Origin: Octopus sinensis
Taxonomy: Eukaryota
Direction: 5' to 3'
Assembly: GCF_006345805.1 (NCBI RefSeq)
Contig: NC_043001.1
Location: 120,218,001-120,282,000, forward strand
Length of the DNA stretch: 64,000 bases
The notes under the pieces were generated by a model. The model was given only the letters and a program-made list of their open reading frames with translations. It had not been told where the DNA came from and did no database searches. A program made the position numbers and the translations under genes. Below are positions 39,400 to 53,842 of this stretch, in pieces (the first letter of the stretch is position 1; each line of letters starts with the position of its first letter).

Positions 39400-40290
39400 G
39401 TTTGCAACTATATCATGCCTCAGGGACAGATAGTATCGTATCGACATTTTGAGCAGCTGATGATGATGTGGGTGATGTCTTCCACAATGGTGTAGCAGAG
39501 CCAACAATTTTTATCACAACGTGGAGGTTTGGTGGCATATTTATCCCTCTTGTTTATTAACTATTTTGTAGCTACCTCCCGTTCCTGGATAGCGAAGGCA
39601 TATCTTTCTAGGTGGGATGAAATGTATTTCTCACAGATCCAAGAAAGTGTCAATGTTGCCGTTGGCCTCTAGCTTACTGTACATGTACCCATGCGTTGCT
39701 TTTTGATGATGTGAAGCTGGCTTCTCCTCCAAGCTTCTGTTTAGGTAGGCTTGACCAGCCTCCCTTTGGTCGCATAAGACAACTGTGTTCTCAGAGTACT
39801 TGCACAGTAGTTCTTCCTCAACTCTGAAGATGTAGTTGTTCTCACTTTTGAGTATCCATGGAATGCACTCAATTCTTCCTTTACTAATCGGCTGGGGTTA
39901 TATGAGTAATACAATGCGACATTCAAAGGCGGTTTGGACTGATATTACGCCTACCGCTATGACTTCGTCTAACACAGATCCTATCGGTGTCACCGTTAAT
40001 GTGGAAGTTTCCAGTGGTGGTCAGTACCACATGAATCGCTTTGTTCTTGGCGTTAGGGTTAGGGTTAGAGTAGTCTGTGCAACCGTCAGCCAATCTGGTA
40101 TATCTAGCTCAACGTCCATTGTTTTGTTGTAACAAATTCGTGAGAATTTCCATGTAGAACGTGAGTTTTTTGTACCAGTGCCTACTATCAGGCGACTCTC
40201 AGGTGATTTTTCATTCGACAGTTTGGCAATAATCGTCAGGAGTGTTTCACTGGTGAAATTATATGTTTTAGGAGAGGTCTTTATACAATG
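39400..40290 (-). mobile_element. R4/Dong-like (RLE) LINE, internally deleted and degraded
   Basis: Minus frames KSP.., LDIPDWL..QTTL, AIQERE.ATK, CWLCYTIVEDITHIISCSKMSIRYYLSLRHDIVA (CCHC knuckle of RLE elements). Confidence 0.65.
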
Positions 40291-40305
40291 CTCACTACGT
40301 AGTTC

Positions 40306-40373
40306 GTATGTATGTATGTATGTATGTATGTATGTATGTATGTATGTATGTATGTATGTATGTATGTATGTAT

Positions 40374-40429
<56 letters not shown>

Positions 40430-40543
40430 CTCTCGCTATATATATATATATATACATATATACATACACACATATATATATATACACACATACATACATT
40501 TATATATACACACATACATACATACATATATATATATATACAC

Positions 40544-40576
<33 letters not shown>

Positions 40577-40706
40577 CACATACATACATAATATATATAT
40601 ATATATATATACACATACATACATATATATATATATATATACATACATATATATATATACATACATACATATATATATATATATACATACATACATATAT
40701 ATATAT

Positions 40707-40757
<51 letters not shown>
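40306..40757. repeat. compound microsatellite (TATG)n-(TATC)n-(TACA/TA)n
   Basis: Read directly. Confidence 0.95.
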
Positions 40758-40760
<3 letters not shown>

Positions 40761-42556
40761 TTTTATTGTTTTATAGCTCCACATAGATTATCATCATCCA
40801 GTCTGATTCCAGTATGGTGGTTTGGCTACTACTGGTCTTAGTAGTGTTACTGGTCATGGAAGTCAGTAAATGTTAGAGAAATTACGATAAACACTAGTTT
40901 AGATCATTTGTTCCTATGCACGTTTAACCGTTGTGCTAGTTTGTAACTGTACATTGGATGTTCCAAGAGCATGTGGATGCTTAGCACAGCATTTCAAGCG
41001 AAGAACACTTTATTGCATTACGTTGTGAAGAACTAAACTTAGGCGCGACTTACCGCGCGGCAGACTCACGACTTCCACTTACTGGTGCAGCGGAAAACTG
41101 ACCGAAAGTTCCCTTATCAAACGATTTTTGAGACAACGGTCAGAGAAAATACAGCTTGCGACAAATTTTTGGCGTTCCTCATAATGTACACTTTTGAAAA
41201 TCAACACATACGGTCCATATGTGCTTAAAATTTTCTCCCTTAACTTTTTACTCCATAATTTGACTCTGAAAATGTTACTTTTTTCTTTGTAGCTCCCCAC
41301 CATCGATGGCAGCTGTTTTCTTGCTGAATGTAGTTGCAATCATTACATCCTATTCAGGGAGATTCTTTTGGACATCTTTATATCGCAGTTTCGAGCAACC
41401 CTTTTGACGACTTCTGAATTACAGTTTGATGTAGATAGAGTATAACTTTATAACCTGGTATCTGCCAAGGATCATGTATCTCCTACACCCTATCACAATT
41501 TCGATAAAGTCAACGAAATATTGAATGTCACAACATCTTAGAACTATAATATATAGGCGTGACCACCCAATTTCAACTTCTTGAAAAAGAAATCACGTCA
41601 TATTCATATACAAAACACCAGTTGGTGTTCTTAGAAAATTACAATGCAAAGACCATTAGAAATTTTAGCATAGAGGCGTACCACTACATAGCATAGGTAA
41701 GCCTATCATAATTTTCAGTCAGAGAACCGATAGGAGTGTTTTGCTAATTGGCATAGTAATATCTGAAGGACTATAATGATGTAGAGAAACTAGCCTAGCA
41801 GCTACGGAATTACATTGATTTAACTATTGAATGTTCGGTTATTATGGCACTTGCTAATTATTAGAAATGCACGGATGCACTATCGCTTCAGGAGACATAT
41901 CGATTTCTTTTCTGCAAAGGTTTTATATAGATATATAAATGAACATGTTTCAAAGATAACAATATTAGGTTCTATAAATGATTTTGCGTTGTAAGAACAT
42001 TCTCACAAGACATTTATTAACTTAAAATATTTCTACGCATGTTTTGTAAGACGGAGCTAATGTTTTTGATTTAAGAAGGAAAATGAGGTATAAACCAAAT
42101 ACAATGACACTAATGAAGATCGGTAACAATAAATCAGAATGAAAATTCGAAGAAAGTCAAATATGCAGGGATGAGTTGAAAACATGACGTTCTGATCTCT
42201 AACCTGGAACGGTTATGCGTTCCATTATTTGCGCTAATTGAAATTATTCAACGTTCCGCAAACTTTTCGTTTTAGAAATGACATGTGGGGAACTATCGTG
42301 CCTAATATCTAAGTTCAAACCTTGCAAGGTTTTCTATGATTTCCCTCCACGTAAGATGTATAAAATATAATACCAATGGAGGAGGTAACATTTACTCGAA
42401 TATAATCTTTCCTAAAAAAAAGTGCCTATGTTAGAAACTTTCTCTGTCGTCATCGCCGTCATCGTCATCATCGCTGTCATAGTCGTCGTCTTCGTTGTCA
42501 GCGCCGTTTTCGTTGTCGCTGACGTGGATGGGAGGTTGGTCACCGTCCTCGTTGTT

Positions 42557-42601
<45 letters not shown>

Positions 42602-42749
42602 TACAATCGCGCGCGCGCACGTACGGGTAAAAACAAGAAATCGAACCTAAGCCGTTCAACCCAAATCAAAGATTTCTCTGCATTTATGACCATGCCATTC
42701 TCTTCAAGATGGTATAATTGCTGCTGCATACAAAAGAATAACTGGCATC

Positions 42750-44945
42750 AATGGAGGGAAACTACACCATTTATATGCATACACTTGCCTTCCATGACAT
42801 CATTTTTGAATCAGTTCAAATATCTCGATCATGGAACACTCTCGTTTGGAGAAGTCCAAAGGCAGCGCTGACGCTTTTGAGATGATGCTGGATTTCGTCG
42901 TCGATGTCAACATTGGAAGTAAAATGATTTCCTAGATACGGAAAATAATTCCCACTTTCTAACACTGAACCCTCGATTCCGATGGCTGGTTGCGCACTGA
43001 TTGTTCCGATTGGTGATGGTTGGAAGACATCTTGTGTCTTCTTACAATTGATGGTGAGTCTCAGTTTTCTGTAACCTTGATGGAAGACAATGAGGGTTTG
43101 CTGCAAATTTTCCTCGGATAACTCGCTGGTAGAGCATGTCGAGATATTGCTTTTGGATATCTATCGGGCAATATTCAAAAGCTTGCCATCGGTTGGATGA
43201 ATAATTTTAATTCCCAATGTATGATCTCCCTTGATTATTTCAATGATGGTGGCAATGAAGAAGTTGAACATTGGGGGGTTATAACGCAACTTTGATTCAC
43301 TCTTGATCTCACTGTTGTTGATTTGGACCCTCGCACCAAAGTTGTCATGCAAAAGCCGAAGGATCCGAATGTATTTATAAAGGCATCCGTAAATAGATAA
43401 GATGCATCACAGGAGTTCTTTCGAATCTGAGTCGAAGACCTGGGTAAGATCAATAAATGTCATGTATAAAGGTTGATGCCGTTCACAGCACTTCTCTTGT
43501 AGCTGACAAAACTCATATCTGCCGTTCTGCGAGATGCTCTGAACTCAGATTGCTTCCCTAGAAAGATCTTCTCGACGATCAATTTCAGCTTTCCTGTAGT
43601 TGCTAACAAGGATATTGTTGATAGTTTCCACAGTCTGAACGGTCTCCTTTCTTCCTATAGCTGGTAACAATATTTGAAACTGTGAGATCAGGTGATATTT
43701 CCTCATTTATCCAAATTTTAGTCAGAAGCTGAATTCCCTCCTGATTTGAAGGCCTCATCTGGTAATCCATCTCGTCCTGCAGCGTTGTTATATCTTAGGC
43801 CTTTGGTGACTTCTCTGATCTCATCTAGGGAATGTTCCACTGGTTGTTTAGGGATGTTGTTGACAACATGTTGGTTAAAAGTGACGGATTGGTTGAGCAA
43901 ATCCTCAAAGTGTTCCTACTACTTGGCGCTGATAGTAACAACGGATTTAAAGACGATGTTAGCAACATTGCCTTTGAGTGAGTCTCCTCGACCATGCATC
44001 GAAGTACCAAGGATAGCCTTAATTGCAATGAAGGGTCACAGAGTATTGTTGGCATCAGCTACCTGTTGAGTTACATGAGCCTTTCCCGTTCACCATTGAT
44101 ATTTTAGGTATCGGGTGATCCTCCGAACGGCAGTTTTGCATTCTTGGTACTTTTTCTTCTCGTTACCAGACTGTTGATCATTTTGTAGAGAAATGGAAGC
44201 ATTCCTTTTGATGTTGATGAGTTGTTAAAGTTGTTCACTCTTTTCATCGAACCAATCTTGATATTTCGTGGTCTTGAAGGTAGTGATGGAACCTTTTAGC
44301 TGGTTCCAGTGTTTTTCGACATTTTGTGGAAAACTTCTTGATAGAAGTTCTTGAAGATTTTACTGGAATCGTTTCAGACATTTCGTATCCTGAAGTTTTC
44401 CAACATCGAATTTCTTGCTGCTATTCTGCTTTTGGTGTTTTCTATTTCGTTGAATCTTCATTTACATGAAGGAGGAGATGAGACGATGGTCTGTCATACA
44501 TTCATCTGCACCTGTGACACCTTGGGTCTTCAGCATATCTTGCGGGTCAAGAGATCTTATAATGGCATACTCAATCCGGTTCTAGAGTTTTGAACGTGCA
44601 TGTTGCCATGGAGTTTTGTACTTGTTTTCCTGGTGAAATAAGGTATCATGCTCAGCACACTTGGTGAGAAGTGACTCGTAGTCCTTGACCCCAACAATTC
44701 TTTCTTTTCCGATTGTCCTGGTCCAGAGTTTGCGATGTCTCCCAGTTTTCGCATTAAAGTTACAATGCAGTACAATCTAGTCTTGTTTGTCGTCTTCAGC
44801 GTCCAAATTTATGACATAGGCTCTGATGATGGCAGCATGTTGGTTTCTATCGAGCAATAATCCGCAGTGTAGAAGGTTGTTCATTGAATCCGAGGACTTT
44901 CTCATTTTCCGAGGCAAGTTGTTTCGAATAGCAAAACCTACACCA
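42750..44945 (-). mobile_element. RTE-clade LINE, degraded APE endonuclease plus RT
   Basis: VGFAIRNNL (APE), NNAAGRDGLPDEAFKSGG, TDGKLLNIAR, LTINCKKT..FQP, YFPYLG..IDDEI..SAAFG; many stops and frameshifts. Confidence 0.85.
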
Positions 44946-45043
44946 TAGATACCAGGTTATTCAGGGTCAAGACCTTTCCAAAAACGGTGTATTGACTATA
45001 TTTCTCTTTGAGTTGTCCCCATCCCGCTCTCTCTCTCTCTCTA

Positions 45044-45115
<72 letters not shown>

Positions 45116-45483
45116 ATATATATATATAGGGAGCGTAAAATATCTGACGACAGATTTATGTTTATAAAAAAAAACATATAATAATTTAATTTATCAAAAC
45201 ATGCCATGAGGATAAAAAATAAAGCTAATACTAGTGATGCAATTTTTACTATTAAAGCAAACATTGGTTTCCATATTGCTATTAATATTAGTACTGCGAC
45301 ATGTACTGCCACTCTTGTTACAGCTTCTACCATTTCCACCACCCCTACTACAACTACTGCTTAAGCCGCTACTTCTTCCACTAGTGAAGCTGAAACAGCT
45401 ACTACTACTATGACTGCTACCATTGTTGCTACTACTTCTGCCAATGCCATACGACTCCTTTCACCATACGAATCACTCCTTAA

Positions 45484-45989
45484 CCCGTTATCTGCCATGA
45501 GCCCCATTTGGGGATCGGCTAAAATGAGTCGGACTGCCGGTTGTTCGTTGTATATAAAGTGAATTGCTTATGTACATTGCATTTGCAGAGGTGTGTTTCA
45601 CAATATTTAGTATTTAAAGTTTGTCATTATTAGTTCTGGCTAATTATAGAGGACATTTTATTAAAAAAAATCTACAAAAAATCGAGTGCTTTGAAAACAA
45701 TTTTTTTTTGCATTTCCCATTTATGTCATTCATTGATATTTCATACACATTCGCATTTGATACTATAATTTAAAAAAAAAAAAAATGTTTATTATTGCAA
45801 TTGAACAGAAAAGGATAACGATGTTTATTTTTCAGCGATAGTCATTTGGACTTTTCGAAAAATTTATCATCATAATTTCCAAAAATAATTAACATATAAA
45901 GAAAATTTAAATACTCTATATTATTTTAACTCCTAAGGCATCTGTCAAAGTAAAAAAAATATGAATATAAAAATTTGGTAGTTAATGGG
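45484..45989. mobile_element. piggyBac-like MITE
   Basis: TTAA on both sides (45480-45483, 45990-45993); 13-bp TIRs CCCGTTATCTGCC / CCCATTAACTACC (3 mismatches); no ORF. Confidence 0.6.
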
Positions 45990-46383
45990 TTAATATCAAC
46001 ATGGCCAGTGACGAACAATAGACAACTGAAATTGTTATTACTTCTACTATTGAAACACATCCATCAGGAATTAAACAGCAACTACCATGAGGATTTTGTA
46101 AAGCCAACATGGGAAATTTCAAAACTTATTTCATGAATATTAATTTAATTCAATTTATTTTCCCTTCCATATTGTATGATTAGATCATCTTAAACAACTG
46201 AAACTTGTAGCATATTTTTGTTTAAATATAAATATTTGTTCATTTTATTCATGATAAAATTCTCAAAGCATTTTCTCCATTTGTTTCTAATACAAATTCA
46301 CTCTTCTGAAACCTCTTAACCTTTTCGCCGTACACACACGCACACAAACACACTCGAGTATTAAAGCACGTACTCAGATGTGA

Positions 46384-46509
<126 letters not shown>

Positions 46510-47089
46510 TGTGTGTGTGTTTGTATTCCTTCATTATCTACATATGTATAGATGAAATACCCGCATGCTCGCTCACGAGCACACACCCCGACGCTTACAT
46601 TCACAAAACTTAGCAGGTGTGTGACAAAAAGAGGAAGAAAGGAGACGGAGAAATACAGGCTTCATATTTAGGATGAAAGAAAATATTTCTAGCTATTCCA
46701 ACATTCTTAAAAGCAGATCTGCTGCTTTTAAGACAGTTGCTATAGGCATCTAATTATATATGCATGTATGATATGTACATATTAATATCTGTTGATCGAA
46801 CTGTTTGGCTTTGATAGATTTCCAGTTTATCTCACTTAAATCGTATTTAGTTCATGTTATTTACTGACTTATACCGGTAGGAATGGAAGCATATGCGTAG
46901 CGCATATACATTATATGCGTATGCTTTCTCTCGTTCTCCCTCTCCCTCTATCTCTCTCTCCCTTCTTTTTCTCTGTCCATAAAAACAGAACCTCCTCACT
47001 TCTTCCTCTGCCCGAACTTGTTCTCTCACTCAACTGCTTCTAATTCGCGGGGGATTTTTACCAACAGATTTCGATAGTGGCTATGAGAA

Positions 47090-48500
47090 AGTGAATGGGC
47101 CCCAACTACGTGAACCTGTTTGTTGGCTACGTTGAGGCCCAAATATTCTCACGATTTACTGGTCCCATTCCCGAAATATACGGTCGTTATATTGATGACT
47201 GTATCGGTGCGACCTCACTCTCCCGCGAACAACTACACTCCCTCCTCTCTTTTGTCCAGTCGTTCCAATCTGCCCTCGAATTCTCCTGCACTATTTCCAA
47301 CACTTCCGTCACATTTTTCAACATTTCGGTCAACATACACCATTCTGCCATCAAACACGCTGACTCATATTCACACTTACTCTTACACCCACCGTACCCC
47401 CATCAAGCTTTCCATCCCCTACTCCCAATTCCTCCGTCTGCACAAGCTCTTCCGTGAAAACCATGACTTTGAAACTAAGTCTCAACTCATGGCTCGCCAC
47501 TTCATCCTTCGAAGATATCCCTTCACCACAGCCCTTGCCAGACCACGTTCCGTGGACCGCACCCATCCCACCGTTTCCCGTCTCCCGTTTTCCCTCATCT
47601 ACCATTCCTCCACCCTGCACCTCCAATGCACCATTCTCCGAGCCTTCCGGCGGCTCCAATCCGCTCCCTCCATCTCACACATCTTCCCCAACCTACCCTT
47701 TCTCTCCTTCAAACGAGCCCACAACCTGCGTGACCTCCTGATCCACAGTTTCTTCCCTAACCCCACCTCCCAATCGGGCTCGTTTTTGCACGGGGGTCAT
47801 CCGGACTCACGCCTTACCCGTGAACAGGATTTAATCTTCTCTATCAGCTCCTTTGCCCCACATGGGCTCAACTCCCTTCCTCTCTTCATCTGACTCCCCT
47901 CCTCTCCTTTATCATCAGTTACCTACTTCTTCTTTTCACTCTTACCCACCTTCTCTCTTCATTGATACCCTCTCCTCCCACACCACACACTCTACTCCCA
48001 CACACCTACACCTACCCCCACACCATACTACATCACACCACATCACGCCACTCCACACACTAGCACTGACCACTTCCCAGTACTCACACCACATACCATC
48101 ATATGTACACCCACACACCCTCATCCGCATACCCACACGCATCATCCACACACCCACAGATTACAGACGATCACATACTCGTCAAAGTCACTAGCCCCTA
48201 TCCATACACACATACTTACACATTCTCACATGCACACAGACGTACGCGCACCCTCGTTTTGAGGTCACCAATACTTTATTATCTCCCCTTCTTTCTACAT
48301 TTTCCCCAACCAGTCACCAGGCTTGATCACTAAATCCACAAGTTCTTTTTATTCTATCTCTGTTTATTTTCTCTTATTATTCCTTTCTGTTGAAGAGCGT
48401 GGGATCGAAACGTAAAAGACTTCCTCACTTTCCCGAGCGTCAAACTAATATATTTGCTTGTTGTTGATACATCTGTCTTCGTCTTTTGTCTTTCTCTAAT
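47090..48500 (+). mobile_element. Penelope-like element (Neptune-like), 5'-truncated, most of GIY-YIG deleted
   Basis: MGPNYVNLFVGYVE..YGRYIDD, IPYSQFLRL, NLRDLL, then directly RLTREQDLIFS..APHGLN (GIY-YIG C-terminus) and a pyrimidine-rich 3' region. Confidence 0.8.
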
Positions 48501-48501
48501 T

Positions 48502-51500
48502 TCAAAGTAAGCAACAGGATATCAAGAGAAAATGCAATATGACCGTTTCAAGCGGCTCCATTTAATTGAACAATGCAATCATCAGCTGCATAAATAAATA
48601 AAAATTTTTAATGAGTTGGACACAATATAATTTTACTCAAATTCTCTAATAGAGCAAGAAGAGGGAGAAATTCCATGTTTCTACTAATGTAACTCAGAAT
48701 ATACTACAACTCTAAGAAATGTATGAATTAAATATTCGTTTATTCAATTTGATATTAACAGTTATTATTCTAGTATATCTCCTATTCTTCTGAACAAATC
48801 TCTAATTTTCTCAAAAACCTTTCTCTTATAACTAGAGATAAAATTGACATTATTCTTTTAGCTAGGAAGACTATTATAGAATTTGAGGATAAGCTATGGA
48901 CATGGTCCGATACCCCTGATAATTTCGATATAGCTACGGGCTCGAGTGATTCGGCTTAAATTACTAACCTAGTTGGTGCATACCTATTAAGGTCCCTCAA
49001 AAGGGAAATCCTTGAATTGCAAAGAGGTTTATATAGAGATGATACTCTATTCATTATCCCTAGCGACAATATATTAGTCATAGAAAGAGTGAAGAAAAGA
49101 ATTAGAAAAGTTTTTAAAAGCTCAAACTTAGGTATTACGTTTGAATATGGCACAAAAGTAGCAAAATTCTTACACACTACATTAGACATTAACTCATGAT
49201 CATACCACTCCTATAAGAAACCAGGTGAAGTTACGAGGTACGTAAACAAATTATCAAAACACCCCACTAATGTGTTAAACTTAGTGATTAAAATCATTTC
49301 TAGGAGAATTACGAAATTATCAGCGAATAAGGACATTTTCAATACCCATTCCCGCCACTACAACTTTGCTTTTCTTAGTCCTGAAAGTACAGCACCTAAT
49401 TATAGTGAAAGTAATGAGATTTTAACTGATAGTGGGATTACAAACTTACTTGGTTGGGAAAACATACCAACTAGAAAAGCATCCAGTAAACCCAACAAAT
49501 TTAAATAAAAAACAATAAGCAACAACAGAAAAGTAGATGCTATAACGAGTCGGTATTTTAGTTTAGATAACAAGTGGGGTAAAGGGAATGGACAGGTTGC
49601 TGTAACTTATAAGGATAAGAAAAATACTGGTAATAGAGACATTCCTAATAATCAAGCAACGATTTTGAAAGGTGGGGGAAACCTTGGATGTCTTCTATAA
49701 ACGTTCCCTTCAACTGTGCCATATCCATAAACATATATAGGAAATTTGTGACCATTTTAGAAAAATCTTTTCTGCTTCCCATAGATATAACAGAATTTTT
49801 TCCCGAAAGACAGTTAGAATCTCATACACAACTCTCCCTAATATGGGTAACATCATAGTAAAGTAAAATAGAAAGAATATTAAATTAGCAAGAGGTAGTA
49901 ATAATAATAATGATAACGTCAACAATAACTTAAACCCCTATAATGTGAATAATAATCTCAATGGTAACGTAGAAAATAGAAGCAGCGGTACTAATGTTTC
50001 TAATATATACAATATAGACTATAGCTCTGAGGCCCATACTAGCACAGAGACTGCTGATATGCTGGGATGAATGTGAATGATATTACAATTGAAGTATGGA
50101 GAGATAATACCGGATATGAAAATAACACATACAATAGTAGTAAGATTAATATTAGAAGTAATATTAATAGTAATAATGGTATGAATATCAATATAAATAG
50201 TAGTAATTCTCCTAGCTGCAATTTTAGGGTTAAATACCACTGTCCATTATTAGGCCGATGTCCAACCCAAAACGTAATTTATAAGTGTAGTATCACATCT
50301 GTAGCTGGTAACTTTGTATATATAGGATGTTCAATATGAAAAAACACATTAATAACAATTTTTCATCTTTTAGGCTCAAACATAAGGTCAATTGTATGTC
50401 CTTATCTCGTAAGATTTGGGAAGCGAAGGAAAGCAGAATCGAATTTAGCATTAATAGGATATGGATATTATAACGAAAGCGCGGCATTATAGAGATAGTC
50501 GGTACGTGCGCGAGCTGTGTTCTGTGGAAACTTATGAAATTTTTAAGTATAGGGACAAGAGCAACCTGGTTAATAATAAATTAGATTCAATGTTATCATG
50601 CGCACATAGTGTCACCCGTGCATTTAAATATTTTCAAAATTAGCATTTATAGGTGCTGAACTTGAACCTGGACAGGGGAAATTAATTTTAGTGTCGTATA
50701 TGATGTGAACTTACCCTCTACTATTATATATAAGTTATGTATATATTTTCTTACTATTCTCTATAATTCCTTATTATTGTGTTTTCTTATTTTGATATTT
50801 TATCTATTAACCTCTTATCTTTTATAAATTATTAATGTTCTTAAAAAGAAATATAAACTTTCAAGTTTCTTAAATCTAGAAGAGCTGATTATAACATACT
50901 CATAATAAAGTAAAAATATTTGTGTATATTTGCACGTGTGCACATAGTTAAATATGTGTATGTATCTGTGCACAACTTATTTTTACGATTTTTTTCTAAT
51001 TCTTAGCTTATGACTAACATAAAATAACATGATTTATCGCTCCAGTATTCCATAAGTAAATAGAGTAATCTTTATAGAAGCCACTTTATAAGTAAATAAT
51101 TAAGTACAGGTAAACTAATTCTATGTAATCTTCCCTTTCTAATGTTGAAAATTGGTATATATACATCGTTTATCTATTCTGGTTATAATATCTTTTTTAA
51201 TAATCTTAAAATTTACCTTCAAACATTACTATTTATATACAATCATTCATTGCAACTCATGATAATTTCCTCTGTGTTACGGTCAGAGGTTTTATTAGCG
51301 GCTTGCCCCTTCAACTGGTAATTAACATCTTGATTTAGGGTCTTCCCCTACCCAACCACCTTTACAGACAATTTCTTATACATTTTCTAAAATCCTGACA
51401 ATATTTATAACGATACCCAACAATAAACTGTCAACTTACTCTGTCTATACATTCTAAAAAGACATTGTCCTATAGCCTTAGATTTAGTAGTTGATAAAAA

Positions 51501-51812
51501 AGTCTAATAAATTAAAAGTGAACCATAATCATTTACAAGCTATGACCCAAACAACTTCATACAGTTCTTAGAGGTGTGGTATATTCTGAGTTACATTAGT
51601 ATCAACATGGACTTTCTCCCTCTTCTTACTATACTGGAGAATTTGAGTAAAATTATATTAATGCGTCCAACTGATTAAAAAATTATATTTATTTATGCAG
51701 CTGAGGATAGCCCTGCATTTCAATTGATGTAATGATTGCATTGTTCAATTAAATGAAACCGCTTGAAACGGTCGTACTGCATCAACTCTTCATATCCTGT
51801 TGCTTAGTTTGA
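48502..51812 (+). mobile_element. Penelope-like element (GLYRDD-type RT plus GIY-YIG) with inverted terminal repeat copies
   Basis: GLYRDD..KKRIRKVFK..FL.TTLDI; IFSRKTVRISYTTLPNM; CN..CPLLGRC..NVIYKC..YIG; LSRKIWE. 48502-48728 is the reverse complement of ~51555-51812. Frames are broken. Confidence 0.8.
51695..51782 (+). ncRNA. type-I hammerhead in PLE 3' repeat
   Basis: ATGCAG-CTGAGGA...GAAA-CGGTCG-TA-CTGCAT: perfect 6-bp stem I, 3-bp stem III, proximal stem II partly decayed. Confidence 0.65.
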
Positions 51813-52740
51813 TTTTTTGTTCACCTTACTTTGAGTTGTACAGGTAACACCGCAATGACTTGATGCTTCAACTTAAGTACCTAATTCAACTGAATCTCAA
51901 TTATTTCATATATATATATGTGTATATGTGTGTGTGTATGTATACATTTGCATATATCACATACTTAAGTGAAAAAAATGCACGTTTGTGAACAGATCTA
52001 TATATTCTTGTTTGTGGTAGTTAGAGGCTTATGAATTAGTAGCTGAAGAATTAGTTTCTTTGGAATCGGAAGGAACACGAATTAAAGTACTGTTAGCTCT
52101 CTGACGAATTTGTATGAATGCTACAGAACTGATTTTGTATGGGATACTTATAAAACACAAATACATATTTATGTATGTGTGTGTGAGAGAGAGAGGGGGA
52201 GGGAGGGAGTATGTGTGTGTATGTGCTTGTGTGTGTACATGTGTGTATATATGTGTATGTGTCTGTAACATGAGTTTAGAGCTCCGCGTAGATTATCATC
52301 ATCCAGTCTTTTTCAAGTATAGTAATTTAGGTACTACTGTCCTAAGTCGTATTACTGACATTATTAGTATTATATACAGCCAAAGGTACAAAAAATTCCC
52401 ATAAATATAAGTTGATGTCATTTGTTCCTACTTTTGTTCCACCAATGTCGTTGTTTAGACCTCTGCATTGGATACTCCAAGTACAACTGGATGCTGAAGT
52501 CTAAGAGTTTAGCTGTTTATAGCATGATGCAGAAAAGTGTTATCTGATGATGCGTTGTAGTTAAGCAATCAATTGTACTTAGAATATCCAATAAAGTTTG
52601 TGTGTGTGTGTGCGTGTGTGTGTGCGTGTGTGTGTGCGTGTGCGTGTGTGTGAGTGTGTGTATGCACACTCATAGATAGGGAGATATATAGATATATATA
52701 TATATATATATATATATAGATAGATAGATAGATATATATC

Positions 52741-52808
<68 letters not shown>

Positions 52809-53789
52809 CAGATAGACTTGTATGTTCCTTTTTAATATATGCCCAATATGTACGACTCAGCGTTAATCCGAAATTAGATCGGTTGAAATAAATTTTAATA
52901 TTAGAAAGCTTAAGTGGGAAGTTAATAAGAATGTACAGGCATAGTTTCAATTCTTCAGGTGTGTGGCTAAAGGAGCAATAAGTCTCTTTTTGATCGCTGT
53001 CCAGGAAAGGTCTACATAATTTCCTAGCTCTCCGTCAGAAGACTTTGTCTCCACCCTGGACGTAGAAATCATAGAAGGAATGCATTTACATTCTGATTAT
53101 TGTCACAAGTCGCTCAATTATTAAATTTTACTTCAGTCCTCTGTTTCACGCTATATTGTTCGTAAAATATATATTACCTAGATAATGACCAGACGTCAAA
53201 TGCACATATATGCACATTAAGTTATTCAATATGGCGACAGTCTAACTTAAGTCTGCTTCATTTAGCCGTTGAAAATTTTATGACTGTTTTTCTGCATATC
53301 AATAACATAAAAAGGATTATGTTTATATTCGCATATCTATCGCTACTGGTCATTCTAATTTCGAAATATACAGGCCAACAACAGTAACGATATGCAAATT
53401 AAGTTATCCAATACGGTGACACTGTAATTTATGATGATTTTGTAAACTAGCTGAATATTCTATCCTGTCGATGGTCGGGGGAAACCTTCGATGTCTTCTA
53501 TGAGCAGCGTTAAACGAAAGGTGAAACCATCCGTCAGGAAATCCTTTCTCTGGTTTTCCATGCAAGAAAAACATAAAAGGAATGCGTTCATATTCATATA
53601 TTCCTCTCATAGTTACGTTTTGTATTATTGAAATATATATACATGTAAAATACACACTCACACACATATGTATACATACATTATGTACATGTATATATAT
53701 AAATATACATTATATATATTTAAATGCATATATATACATACATGCGTGTATATATATATATATATATATATTCTGAGATTTAATTATGC

Positions 53790-53821
<32 letters not shown>

Positions 53822-53842
53822 TATACATATATATATATATAT

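Noticed and set aside
48381-48420. Hammerhead-like TTGAAGA..GAAACGTA in PLE tails (also ~23005 and ~30387)
   Set aside because: The core C is missing or stems I/II fail; at most decayed remnants.
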